Source: Iphione sp. A-MEVVRFRX5 (taxonomy: Eukaryota). From it: a DNA stretch of 64,000 bases. The notes under the pieces were generated by a model, which worked only from the letters and a program-made list of their open reading frames with translations, did not search any database and was not told the DNA's origin. Where the stretch lies: the NCBI GenBank assembly GCA_976226885.1, contig OZ320316.1, positions 37,200,001-37,264,000 on the forward strand, read 5' to 3'. Made by a program: the position numbers and the translations under genes. Positions 39,906 through 52,300 of this stretch are shown one piece after another. How positions within the stretch are numbered: position 1 is the first letter of the stretch; each line of letters begins with the position of its first letter.

Positions 39906-42296
39906 GGTGTGCCGAGTCTGGGGCCGGCAGTTAATCAATGGTCATCTATATCTCTCCGCTCGGTCTGCGTCTCCCACTGTGCCCTTTCGTGCACCACAGG
40001 CGACAGTCTAATGGAGCCCCTCTAGATTAGCATCTGCGAGCAGTTGAAGGCTTATCAGTCCGTTCCTCCCGATCACGAAATCTGCTAGATGTCGCAGATG
40101 TAACGTTTTCCGCGTGTTTCTGGAGAGTTGAATTCCCCTATTGGTTGCCTGCGATTAATCGGCATTTATAAATACTACTTACTCACACTGCTCCCGCTCC
40201 GCCCGATACCAATCCCCCGGAGTGACAACTACCTACTTAAAGCGCTCTCTAATAACGGGGGTGAGCGACTTTCTGTGAGAATCGATCTAGTGATATAATC
40301 TCACTTGAAGTGTCTGGGTTAACCGCAAAGCAAATATTCCTGTTTATCCGAAGGAAACAGTGAAGGTGGGGCCGAGACGAACGGTGTCGTGCTGTGAAGT
40401 GTCGTGGCCTGAAGTTCACTCAGAGAAAGGCGCCGCTGGAACTAAATTCGTTGGCGTTCTGCCCAGCCAGCTCTACAAGAGGAAGCAAAAACATGGGAGT
40501 TGAGAGTCAATTCAGGCAACAGTGGCAGGCGCCCGGCAACTGTTGACATTTTAGAAATTAGTTTTGGAAACGTGTGAAAAAACCCAGGGATGTATTCTCT
40601 AGAGCGGCCGCTTAAACTGGAGCCTGCCCCAGACCCTCGCTATCGGGGACGTAGTGCTAGGAAAGAAAACAAATCAAGGTCATCTGCACTGAGTCATCAT
40701 TCCCAATGGTTCCTGCGGTGGCATTCAATTATCAGTGTCAGGCTCAACCTTGTTTATATTGAAATGCTGCGTGGACAAATCACTTGTTCCATCCTACCAG
40801 ACAACCGCCGGATTTTTAATTCTAAATGAATACTAACCACAGAAATAGAAAAGAGACTGTCATTCTTGCCTCTAACATCACAGCTAATGTCGACTTAATA
40901 ATAATTATGTGTCAAAAGGGACTTTTTAATGTCTCCTTGTGATAAATAGGTCAACATTAATTAGTGAAGCTTTTCTGAGGCAAAAAAAATTATGTAGTTA
41001 CTTCCCAGCCGCCACTGAAACTTTTACTTCTAGAATACGAGCATAAAAAGGCCTGCTTCTGCATATAATTGAATTTGCCCTCAGATGACAGCTTAAGTGC
41101 ACTTAACGTTAACGGTCCCGAGCCTAAATGCTCGGCTAATAATTCATCTATGCTCAACCTGAGCAATTCTTTCCCGTCTTAAGTGACTACAGCCTTGGGC
41201 ATACAGACAAGACTCTGACACCATGGATAGGTCTGTTCGCAAGGGGCGCATCAGTGAAAATATGATGCCATCAAAGACGCCCGCGTGCACATCCCTACTG
41301 CTATTGACCCCGCTCCATGGAAGCTTTAACGCAGGCTGCTATAAGTACTGAACACCTTATTCATTTTGTATGGCCAACCGCGGCTTCCCCTGGCCTGCTG
41401 TGTCTCCCTCAGCCCTGTGTCAGCATGTCGGTGATATGGGTCATAGTGTCTAGTTGTTGCGATTGTGGCTAGGCGGCAAAGATACTCTTTATCATCAGCG
41501 CTGATACTGACATTTACTCGCTTCGAAGACATGAACCATTCTCACCGAGAACTCTACGAGAAAGAAGCATACGTAGCGACAGCCCAGAGTACAGCACAAG
41601 TTAGGGATGTCCCACCTAAAGGCAATCAATGACGAGTTATGACTGTCGACGCTTGCTGATTAAATCTAAACACTCCAGCGCTCCTGAAATATGACTGTAC
41701 TCACGAACTTTGTATTCTTCTTCCTCTTCCCGTTGACTCATACGTCTGGCGCAGTTTTACAACACCAAACGGTTTGGAGCGTGGCTTTCGTGCTGCTTAG
41801 TGGCGTACTTTTTAGTCGGCTGTCACCGTCAGTCTCACATGGTAGCAGTCTTGCCGCATAAGTACTGTCAGGTTAGCGAGTCGCTCTTCGAATGAGTCTC
41901 AGCAGTTGCCGACTTGCTCGGTCTGGTCCTGATTGTCAGCGTCTTACGTCTTCGCCTACAGCCGCTGCTGCTGCCTGCTGGCCGTTGGCTTTAGGAGAAC
42001 GGCTGCAGTGCTGCCACCAAGTAGACATTGTAGACTGCAATGACCGGCAGCTGTGTGATCGCCACCATCGACATCGCTGCCGCCGCTCGCTGCCACTGCC
42101 ACGGCTGCCACCGCCGCCAATGCTGCTTGCGCTGGTTCTGATGCGACCGCTTTGTTCAGTAGCTTTAACCCTTCGCTGCCGGTCAGCGATCTCACGTGCG
42201 TCAGCGCTCGGTCCGTCCCCGACTGAGCGCTGCACGCCGCCGCTACGACAGGCAATGGTCGCTATCGGAAACTCAGCGGACGTCGCGGCGGTCCAC

Positions 42297-42372
42297 TTCT
42301 GCTACTGCTGCTGCTACTGCTGCTGATGCTGCTGCTGCTGACGCTGCTGCTGCTGCTGCTTATGCTGCCGCC
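42297..42372. repeat. Imperfect (GCT)n trinucleotide repeat
   Basis: ctgctactgctgctgctactgctgctgatgctgctgctgctgacgctgctgctgctgctgct. Confidence 0.93.
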
Positions 42373-43138
42373 TTGATTGTCGACCAGCACTCAAGGCAGG
42401 CATGGCTGGCTGCAGTGCTGCCCCTCGCTCAAGGCGGCCTACTGGAGGTGTCCCTTGTCGGGCCGGTTCCCTATACCAGGCCCCGCTGGTGACGGACCCT
42501 GCCTGCTACCGGTGCATAGGATGACGCTGCCAACACTGCCACCGCCGCCACCTCCTATGCCGAAATAGGACGGCCGGTTAGCCCGGATAGGAAAACAACC
42601 GATCAATATTTTCACCAAAATAATGTCTGCTGCTGAGCGCTCGTGCAGAACCCTAATTGTTGAGGCACCCAATTTGGGCCATCGCGAAGGAGAAATATTG
42701 CGCTCCAGCTGCTACGATTGAAGGATCTAGTAAATGAGAGAAAAGGAGACGATTGCTCTCTGGTAGGGACCTCTGGGCAACCCTTTGGCCTCAACGATTC
42801 ACGTCTCGGAGGACAGATGTTATAGCATGATACAGCTAGGGACAAATGGAGTGTGAGGTAAGATGGCGGGAGTAAGCCCGACACATGAAGGACGATTTCC
42901 GGGGCACACAGGACACAGTGACGGCAAAATGGCCACTCGAGCCACCGACGTCACTGGAAGTACCCTCGTGGCGAGGGTTTGGTGTTTTTACTGACCCTAC
43001 ACTCAGTGGATCCACATCACAGTCATGCTTTTGGTGCCATGACTCAACTTGGGCTCTGACAGTTGAATACTCCTGCCCGACATTAGCCTTATAGCATTGG
43101 TCCGCCGTGACAGCTCTGTCAATTTTCTCTTGAAAGCC

Positions 43139-43333
43139 ATGGCTCAGAAGCAGAAGGACGTTTCTCTGACCGAGAAACAGATAAATGAAATCAGTGACTT
43201 GTTCCAGGCCTTTCAATGGATTCAGAAGCTAGAAATAAACCCAAGTGGCATTACAGATCTAGAGGGTGCAAAATGTCGTCTGCTACAGTATCTACAGAAA
43301 GAATATGGCGCTGGCAAACATCGCCATGGAAAT
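43139..43333 (+). CDS. Dynamin-kinase coding exon 1 (N-terminal module, 65 aa)
   Basis: gccATGg; [65 protein letters not shown]; donor AAT|GTGAGT, phase 0. A further upstream exon cannot be excluded because the frame is open back to a possible acceptor at 43094. Confidence 0.78.
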
Positions 43334-46300
43334 GTGAGTATAGTTGAGCTTAAGTCAGTTGAAATAAGTGTCTATAAAGACAACATAATTAGCATTTCGT
43401 GTGTAACAGGTCTCTCAATAAATATGTCACATCATGTACTCCTTGGGTTTTCTAATAGATGTAGTTAATACGTTAATCGATATTTTACAAGCAAATAACG
43501 CATGTTCTAGTCGAATGTAATATACGATGATCTCGTATTTTACAGCAGTAAGTATCTTGTGTTCAGCCTATCTTTTCAGAACATTCTTCCACTACCATAA
43601 AAATCAGGACTGAGGGCGCCAACTAAGGTACACATAGTAGTAAGCAGACATGATTTATTTAGATCCAGTCTGGCACACAGACACAACACTCTCTAGTCTA
43701 AGAGGAAAAAATCATTGCTCTCTTAACAATCAGCCGTCAGTCGTGCCTGTCTAAGTAGGCTTATTTTCTGTCGTCAAACACAGGGTACGATTCTGAAAAA
43801 GACTAAGAGAGGCACGTTTATGATGTGTAAAGGTGAGGGAACATGGGAATCCATGAAGTTCGACAGAGAATTAGACTGGCCAGGAGCAGGGCTCTCCTGT
43901 GACACTTTGACATTTGATTTAGAGGAACGGGCTCTGACGATAGCCATAATTTGTAACCGCTGTTCGTGTCAACATTGTTTCCTTTATAGTGGATTGAACG
44001 TCGGTTTGAAATAGATGCAAAATTAATGCAATTTAGAATATCAAAATTATAATTAGGTTTACAAAAATTAGGTATTAATGGCACTGGCTTTGCTTTCCTT
44101 TATCATCTTCAATAAATAACCTATTTTGTGTACAGATATGATTCACCCAACATACTCCAGATCCTGAACTGCCACGTCAAACTGTCACATTCTCTGTATC
44201 CTTGGCCCTACTTCGTCAAACCTTCACTATGCATCTTTCCCCAAATACTTTTAATCAGTTTTTGCTGCAGCTTTCTATGAGCTCCATCACTCTTCATCTA
44301 CCTACCGCTACTACGTCGCCTTTACATTTTGAAATCTCTGCTATAAACGATATGTTAAACAAACACTACAGAACTGCGTCAATGAGATAGAACCCTGCCG
44401 AACGTACGATTTTGCTAATATTTTATCACAAATGTTGCTGTATTCCCAGAGATGATCCTGTGTAGTAACTGATTAAGAATAAGATGACTGCCATATAATA
44501 TATGTATAAATGAATGTATAATATTGTGATTTCATTGCCATTCAGTTTTTATTTAGCGAAAGACATCGAAGGCATCATCTCTCTAGATGGCTAAATCTAT
44601 AGTGATATGAAAGAACGGTTCGTTGCGACAATGTAAATTGATCGATTCCAGACTCGCGACTAGATAGGCCTCGATCCGACATGATACGAAACACTCCATC
44701 CAATTCTTCTCTCAAAAACAAATCAGATCAAACTTATTCAAGAGACTTCATTTACTAATGTGTACGATTAGTGCTTGAAGTCTAATGGTACTTGTATTAT
44801 TATTTTTACTTTGTTTAATGTATTTTTGCGTATGTCACGCCTTGGACCAGCCAATTTTTACCAACTTCTAGTTTAGATAGTATTTATAAATGTGTATGTA
44901 CATATAAGACATCCGTTAGGTTTTGCTATGAACGCGAGCCTATAGATAAGCCGTGTATACTATGCATTTGATTTTGGAGGTAGGTTTTCGCTCTGATACT
45001 GGGGCTTTTTTAAATGGCGTACGCCCTGTCGTACATGACCCCTTTCACATGTTCACAGGTATAGTTCCGCAGTATAGGAAGCAGGAAGAGCCTCCAAAAC
45101 GGAACTCGAGGCTGTGCAATTTATATCGCGAAATTAAATATGTGTAAATTTGTACGTTCGCGTGAACGTCTCTCTGGTGCCTGGCCTAATTGAATCTGGT
45201 GGGAGTAATGGTATTGTTCGTAGAGTTCGTGACGTCATGCAGTGTTGCACACAGAAGACCGAAAGAGAATCGATAATGAGGCAGACGACACCTAGCTAGT
45301 TGTTAATCTCGGTGGGAGAGGTGCTAGCGCAGATAGTGTGACGGTCTGTCTAGGTTTTGCTGGAACAACGCCATTGCTAATGAAGACTATTTGAAATCAC
45401 CTACATATAACGAATATGTTGGGAGAGGTTTTCTGAAACGACATGTTTGCGGACTCTTGAATCGTTTCTCAAGCTTAACATGAAAAAGAAAAGAAATTTA
45501 AGCGTGATTCGACAAAAGTTAGGCGCTCTGAATGTATAACAAATGTGAGAACAGTACCGTGGATTTAAATGCTATTTTTGTACTGTTGTTCTTTTCTGTT
45601 ACGTTCAACATATACACAGGAATCGGTTGAAGGATCGGTATAAGCTAAATTTATCTTTCCGAATGAATGCATGTTATTTCATGTGTTAGCGGGCGTGTTT
45701 GAGGATACTGGTACAGTGATGAGTCTCGCAATGTGATATGCACTGTTCATTATTCTGCTGTGAATGGAGGTTATTAAGGCTCGTGGAAAATGCTGGTTCT
45801 AAGCGTGACTCACGAGATGATTCGTAGAGAAACCTTTGGTAGTATCACTAGCGGAGCTATGCTCTTTCTATGACATTTAGAATGAAACGTCTCTACATTG
45901 CATTCTCCAGTATTGATGTCGTATGGTTATGATATCAATACCTATGTAGTTTGAAAATTATTAAGTATCTTAATCTAGATAGATTGTGACGTTTACTTTT
46001 CATTAGCGTTAGTCAGTTAAACCCAAATCTACGCACATGATTATGATTTTTTTTAGAAACATTGCCTCTTTCCTCTAAATAATGTTGTCGAACTTTTCTT
46101 AGTGTCAATTTTAGGGAAGATTTACGCCTTGACCAATATGTTTGTAAGGAAGCGGGAAAATAACTGAAGCATTACAAGTACGTTTCCATTTATCGAGTTC
46201 CTTTTGTATATATACACTCGAACAGGATAGTATGTGACAGGGTCAACTCATTGACACCGGAAGTTTTAAACATGTTGATAAGGTCCACACTAAAAGAGCG

Positions 46301-49300
46301 TGTAAATATAGAATTGGTCGATAAACTATAAACTGATACAATCATAAGGGAGGTTTTGTTGTGTCATAAAGCATAATTAGCCACCACCATCCCTCAGGCC
46401 TCGTGATTCAGAAATATACGAAGAATCGCCACGATGAAGGGCACCACCTTGTTCGTTGAATTTGATTTGCATTTTTCAATGCCCGAGTTATCGTTTCCTA
46501 CATGTGCAGGTGTCGGAAATCATGCAGGACGTGCTCGACAAGGACCGAGAGCTGAGGAGGGAGCTGCTCCAGCTCTACCGCCAGGTGGAGTCCTATTTCA
46601 CCCAACTCCCACTGGCCCGTCGCCGTGAGCTCGAACATAGTATACCGGAAGTTGGCGAGCAGATCCGGCAGAATGTTGACAGTCTAGAGCGAAGTGATTG
46701 CCATATCCTTGTAGCAGGTACTCAAACGACTGTATACATGTATGCATCCAATAAGTGGTATTACTTCTACAATCATGCAAATTTGACACCCACCAGCAAC
46801 AGACTCTGCTTTATAAGATGAGATATAATATATTTATGGCAAAGAATATTATAAGTTTGATCAGGACGTTGTCACGCCCATCTATCCACATGCAGCATGT
46901 ACGTAAAATGTATACAACTGTACATGCAAGCACCATCAACTTTTATAGCTTGATATTAAGGTCTCTAAGATGGCATGACATACATGAATTACCCTGGGTT
47001 GGAATACTAGCATAATACTATTGGATCTTCAGAGACCAGCACACTAAAGGTTTCCCCTTGGCCTTCTTTTGAATAGATTTCTGCGGTCTTGTTATCCTTA
47101 AAATTCCACACATAAACCAATAGCCTTTTTTCATAAGTTGTGGTCCATGAACCCTTGCCAGGGTCTAGTAAATCTATCTAGTGATAGTCAATGTTTTCAA
47201 AGTTCGGCATGACCCTTCATGATTTGGAACCTGCACCGACCTGTGCAAGTCAGCACTTATACCATGTCAGCCAGCTCCCAAACGATTTATTACCGTCAAG
47301 ACTATCCTTCACAAAAGGAATCCCATGTGGGCTGGGGAGTGCCTTACCCCCCTTCCTACATTTTCTTCTACTCTCTCACCCCTATACAAAGGACATATAT
47401 ACATATGTGAAATACAAACGTATGATTCAACTTCATGAGATTCTTTCAGGTATTTCATGTTGACTTGTTTATTTGTATACATTTGTATATCCGGTATATG
47501 TATAATGACTGTGTCAGTTATCATGGTCTGAATCATGGCTTATATCGAGTTCGATGAGCATACTATCAGTTAATATTAAGGTCCAAATCATTCTCTAATA
47601 CATTTTGCGATCGTTCATCAAATCCCTTTCTGAAAGTGAAATTTTCACTTTTCACTCATCGAGTGCTATGTCATATTCAGATATAAAGATGGGGCTTTGG
47701 TAACAACACTCAATTCCAATATAATCTGACATTAGTCATAATCTCAACATAACATATTTCTTCTCTCAACACCACACTATCAAAACATATTATGAATCAT
47801 TGGGTTCTTTTCGCGGTATGTACCAGTGGATACGTGGAGGTGAATATATACAGACTGCAGACAATACATACATATTTTTTCCTATTCATTCTATTGAAGT
47901 TGTCTGTGAAATATTGTTACGCCGTCGGTGTTAAAACGTTAAAAAGAATAGAAAGACAAGTATGGCAAAACGCAGGTGATTAATAAAACATTTTCTCTTC
48001 CACCACAGGCGAGGTGTCTGCGGGGAAGTCGAGTCTATTGAACCTTATTCTTGGAATAGATCTTCTGCCTACTTCTCTCCTCAGCTGTACGTCAGTTATG
48101 TGCGAGCTTAGGTAACTACAATAAAGTTACCAAATTATGGAATGTGTATAGAAAGCAGGACCTGTTAATTCACAGCCAGCGTTGACGAGTGGATATAGTA
48201 GATGTAAAGAATATGCGATGTTTATTTTGTTTTACCTGTACCTCCTAACCAAATTAATAAAACGCATTGATAGTTTTCAAATGAACGCCTAACGCACACT
48301 TTGTACCTAGAATGTTTTCGTTTATTTTCTGTTCTCCATAGTGAGAATGTACGCAGCTATCACTTCGTGGTCATAGTTTACACAATGCCTACTCGTTACC
48401 ATTCTCTTGCTACAATATACTGTGATTTGTCAATAATGTCACTCCTCCTAAGGCATCTGTAGGAGCTTCCATTGTTTAATGCATGATGTGAATAACTTCC
48501 AATGACTCCAATTATTATGATTCGTGCTAGATGTGTATATCTGTGTGTATCTAAAGGCGTTTAAATTTTAATGTTATCAAATTACAGTTTAAATTGATTT
48601 GCGGTTTATATACGTCAATTATAAAGAAATGTATAAGAATACAAAACATATTTTGGGTACAGAAGCTTTAAAATGTGGATTCAAAATATGATCGTGGGCG
48701 TTATTTCTCTCATGTTTACGAGAACTCCCTTTTTTCATTACTGCAAACATTTTTCACCTTAAATGTGGAACGTACAAACTAGTAATATGATATTTGTAAA
48801 ATATAAGTAACCATGATCACTCTTTTTCATCTCATTTATCTACAAAACACCTTTAGAAAACTCTCTCAAGGGAATCGAGAATTTCGTATTTATATCCATT
48901 ACCAATCTTCAAACAGTCACCAAAGCGATCAGTCACAGGTGTATCATACAAATCAACCGCAGTGAGTTTAGCAGAAATCTATACAACTGCAGAAGACAAT
49001 GAAAATGTGTCATATTGAATTATTTTTCCTGGGGTCGATTTGACTCGAGTTCTGACGGCAGTATACCGGTTGGAACGATCCCTATTCTAAAAGTAACAGA
49101 CAAAATTAAACTATACATTTTGGAATCCCAAGGACTTTTTCATTTAGATTATGCGATGACGGCACTCAATTGACAGAATACGTGTGATATAACCAGTTAC
49201 ATACATATATGTATATACATGTGTCAGGTGGCAAGTCTGAATCTGATCAATTTGGGAATTGCCTGTCACCACTGGTGAATTGATCATTGGTTTGTAAATG

Positions 49301-52300
49301 CCTAACCTAACCTGAAGAAGCCGGCAATTCAGCAAGGGCGACTCTGATAAACAAGCACTGGAGAGGTTGTGTACATGAGCACAACTTTGTTAACTGTTCT
49401 GACCGGCTGATGTGAAGGGGGACAGCATCTAAGGTGAAGTGGTATCAGTACTGAACTCAAAGAGTAGGACTTGTATATAAAAAGATACAGAACTTAAATG
49501 ATAAGGAAGGTTAGAGAATTCACTAAAAATAATAATAGAGATCTAAAATGCTGAACTTGAACTAGCATTAATTCTTACCTTTAGAACTCGGCCTTGAAAT
49601 AAGAAGAATGAGTATCATAAGAGAAATATAATAACATCGAAAATCAGTACAGTTTTCTAGCCCCGTAATATCTCTACATAGAGATGTGTTGAGACAAAAA
49701 TCTATTGGATTGTATTGTTCTTAAAATTATTCACTGGTAGGACAATTTGTGAATGCTTCAGCCAACCATGTGTAAAAAATAATTGGTGGATGGGCAAGTA
49801 TGATTTGCAAATAAGACCAATTCAGGCATACACATGTTGATGTATATGCACTCATATCGAAATAAATCAAAATTCCCTTGTCAACCAACTGAAACTCTGT
49901 GATACAAATGGCCTTGAAATGCAAAAGCACTCAGTAACTTGTGAACCGACTGTGAAACGAAGTATGTTCAGTTACTATTATAAGGAGCACTGTGCATGTG
50001 TTCACCCGCAGCTCTCCAATGGGGACACCTGTATAGTGGTGATTCATAAAATCAATATTCTCGGTGACCTAACTCGTGTATCCATGCACCCAAGGGTGTG
50101 TGTGATCTGTAAACTGTTACTGGCATGATCCAAAGGCGAACTTTCAGATAAATGCATATATTTTAGGCATGGAAGTCAGAGACTTACTGTCTATTTTGCA
50201 TGTATGAAAGAATATACATATACATATGTATGTGTATGCCTTAATAAGGGAAATATTTTTACAAAGTGAGCTTTTTCATAAACAAATATGGCTAAAAATA
50301 ACAGCAGTTTGCCATTCTAGCATAAATATGGCTGATATGGGAGGTCAGAAATGATTTTATATGCACCTTTTAGATAGCGTTTCTGCATGCTTAAGCCAAT
50401 GTTGATGCACTCCTTACAGTATAGATAGAAACATTGTGTGGAGAAGGTAGATGACTGCGACATTAATTCTGCAAATCAACAATTTGCTGGGAGGCACAAT
50501 ATTTGTAGTAAGTGAAAGTAAAAGGGCTTTCTTGACACTACACATCAACGAATAAACGACGCACTGTTTTCATCAGGACACTTAACTGTCTCGTGTAATT
50601 CATGAGTATTGTTTTAATAGACAATATATGGAGTAACATTCCTTGTATTGAGCATGTTTAACTGTATGCCTCCCATTACCAGGTATGGAAAGACTCGCCA
50701 CGCCTTGGCCTTCTCCGTGGATACAGCTCAGGCCCCGGAGAGGATCGACCTCAACTGTGACGACCCGGCGGGCGTGCTGGCCCAGTATGTGCACCAACGG
50801 GGCGACCGCAAGTCAAAATTCCCTTACAAACGCGTGGAGATTTACTGGCCATTTCCTCTACTACAGGTGACCATATATCATCACGATTGTCTAAAGACAT
50901 CCATCGCGGTGTGTTAGTACATCAGATAAATGTAACTTTGCGGTCCCTCTGTCGATCTGCACAGCACCAGAATTGCCGTGCAATTACATGTACAGTGAAA
51001 CCCCTGTACTAAGGACACCCTCTATAAAGGACACCTCCTACTATGGACAGACTGGAAACAGAACCAAATCTATATATGCATGTTTAAATACCACCTCTAT
51101 AAAGGACGCCCCTCTTTGTGGACACTTTTGAGTCAGTCCCTTTGCTGTCCATAGTACAGAGGTTCCACTGTATATGCCAATGTGTAGGGAGCCGAGCCTC
51201 ACGGGATTTCTCTATGCCGTTAATTGAGGGGGTACATGGTGTGGGGGAGAGGCATTATCACTACAATGGGTTAAAGTACATGTCTAGATTTGTCAGTGGC
51301 TCTGAAACATAATTTATTTACCTTTTTCTCTTGAAATGTGTATTGACTATACATCCACTCTTTGTATATGAATATAGAATGCCTGTTGGTCTACTCAACT
51401 CAGTCTATTATTAAGAATTCAATGCCCGGCTATTTTTCGACTTAAGGTTTATATTCTTTGCAAATGTCAAGTAAAAACTTCTGGTACTTATCAATTTCTT
51501 TCTTTCTGTACGTCTTTCTCATAAAAAGGGGAAGGTGGCAGGTACCCAGCTATTTTTTTTCTTTTTTAGAGCTTTATTTACACTGGAAGTAATATTACAA
51601 TACGTGTATACGATCCCGGTATTTTCCTGAAATGCTTTCCTAAACATGAGATGATAATGGTAATGTAGTATATACAGTGTAATTCATGTAACAAGTGTGA
51701 TATGTAAAACGCCTTGCAATCCATCCATCATTCACATTAGGTTTTACCCTCGGAGACCCCATGCACATGTCATCATGAAAACTCTGTGCCATCAACTGAC
51801 ATAACATTCTCAATAGTCTATCCTCTTATCAGTAATCTGTCCTCAGAGTCCTACCTTTGCTTCAATTTCTGTTGAAATTGTTTCTAAATTAAAAGTTACT
51901 AGTGTTCTGTAAAGTTCAGTTCAGAACCGTGGCAGAGCACCAGGTTCTATATGATATTCACCCAAAAGTCGCCCCATGGAACCGTGTCAGAGCCCCAGGT
52001 TCAGTATAACACATACCCAAGAAGTTCACTCACTATCAGAACTACCAGAACTATCCAGCCCTATGATATACTCATGCTTACCAACCTTTATTACTAGGAC
52101 TGTGCCAAGTCCCACTGTTAAAGAAACTACCGTCTACCACCTACATGAATATATTAACTATTCCCACATTACCAGGACTTTCTGGCCCTATTTTATTATC
52201 ATATTTGCAACTAGGACTGTGGCAGAGCCCCAAGTCCCACTATGAGAGAGAAAACCAACTTTTGCTCGCATGAATATGTTAGGGCAATGAGTCCTTATGT

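Noticed and set aside
41892-42492. Overlapping 98-144 aa Ala/Cys/Arg-rich ORFs
   Set aside because: Produced by GCN triplet periodicity; stops interrupt any continuous frame and no domain is recognisable.
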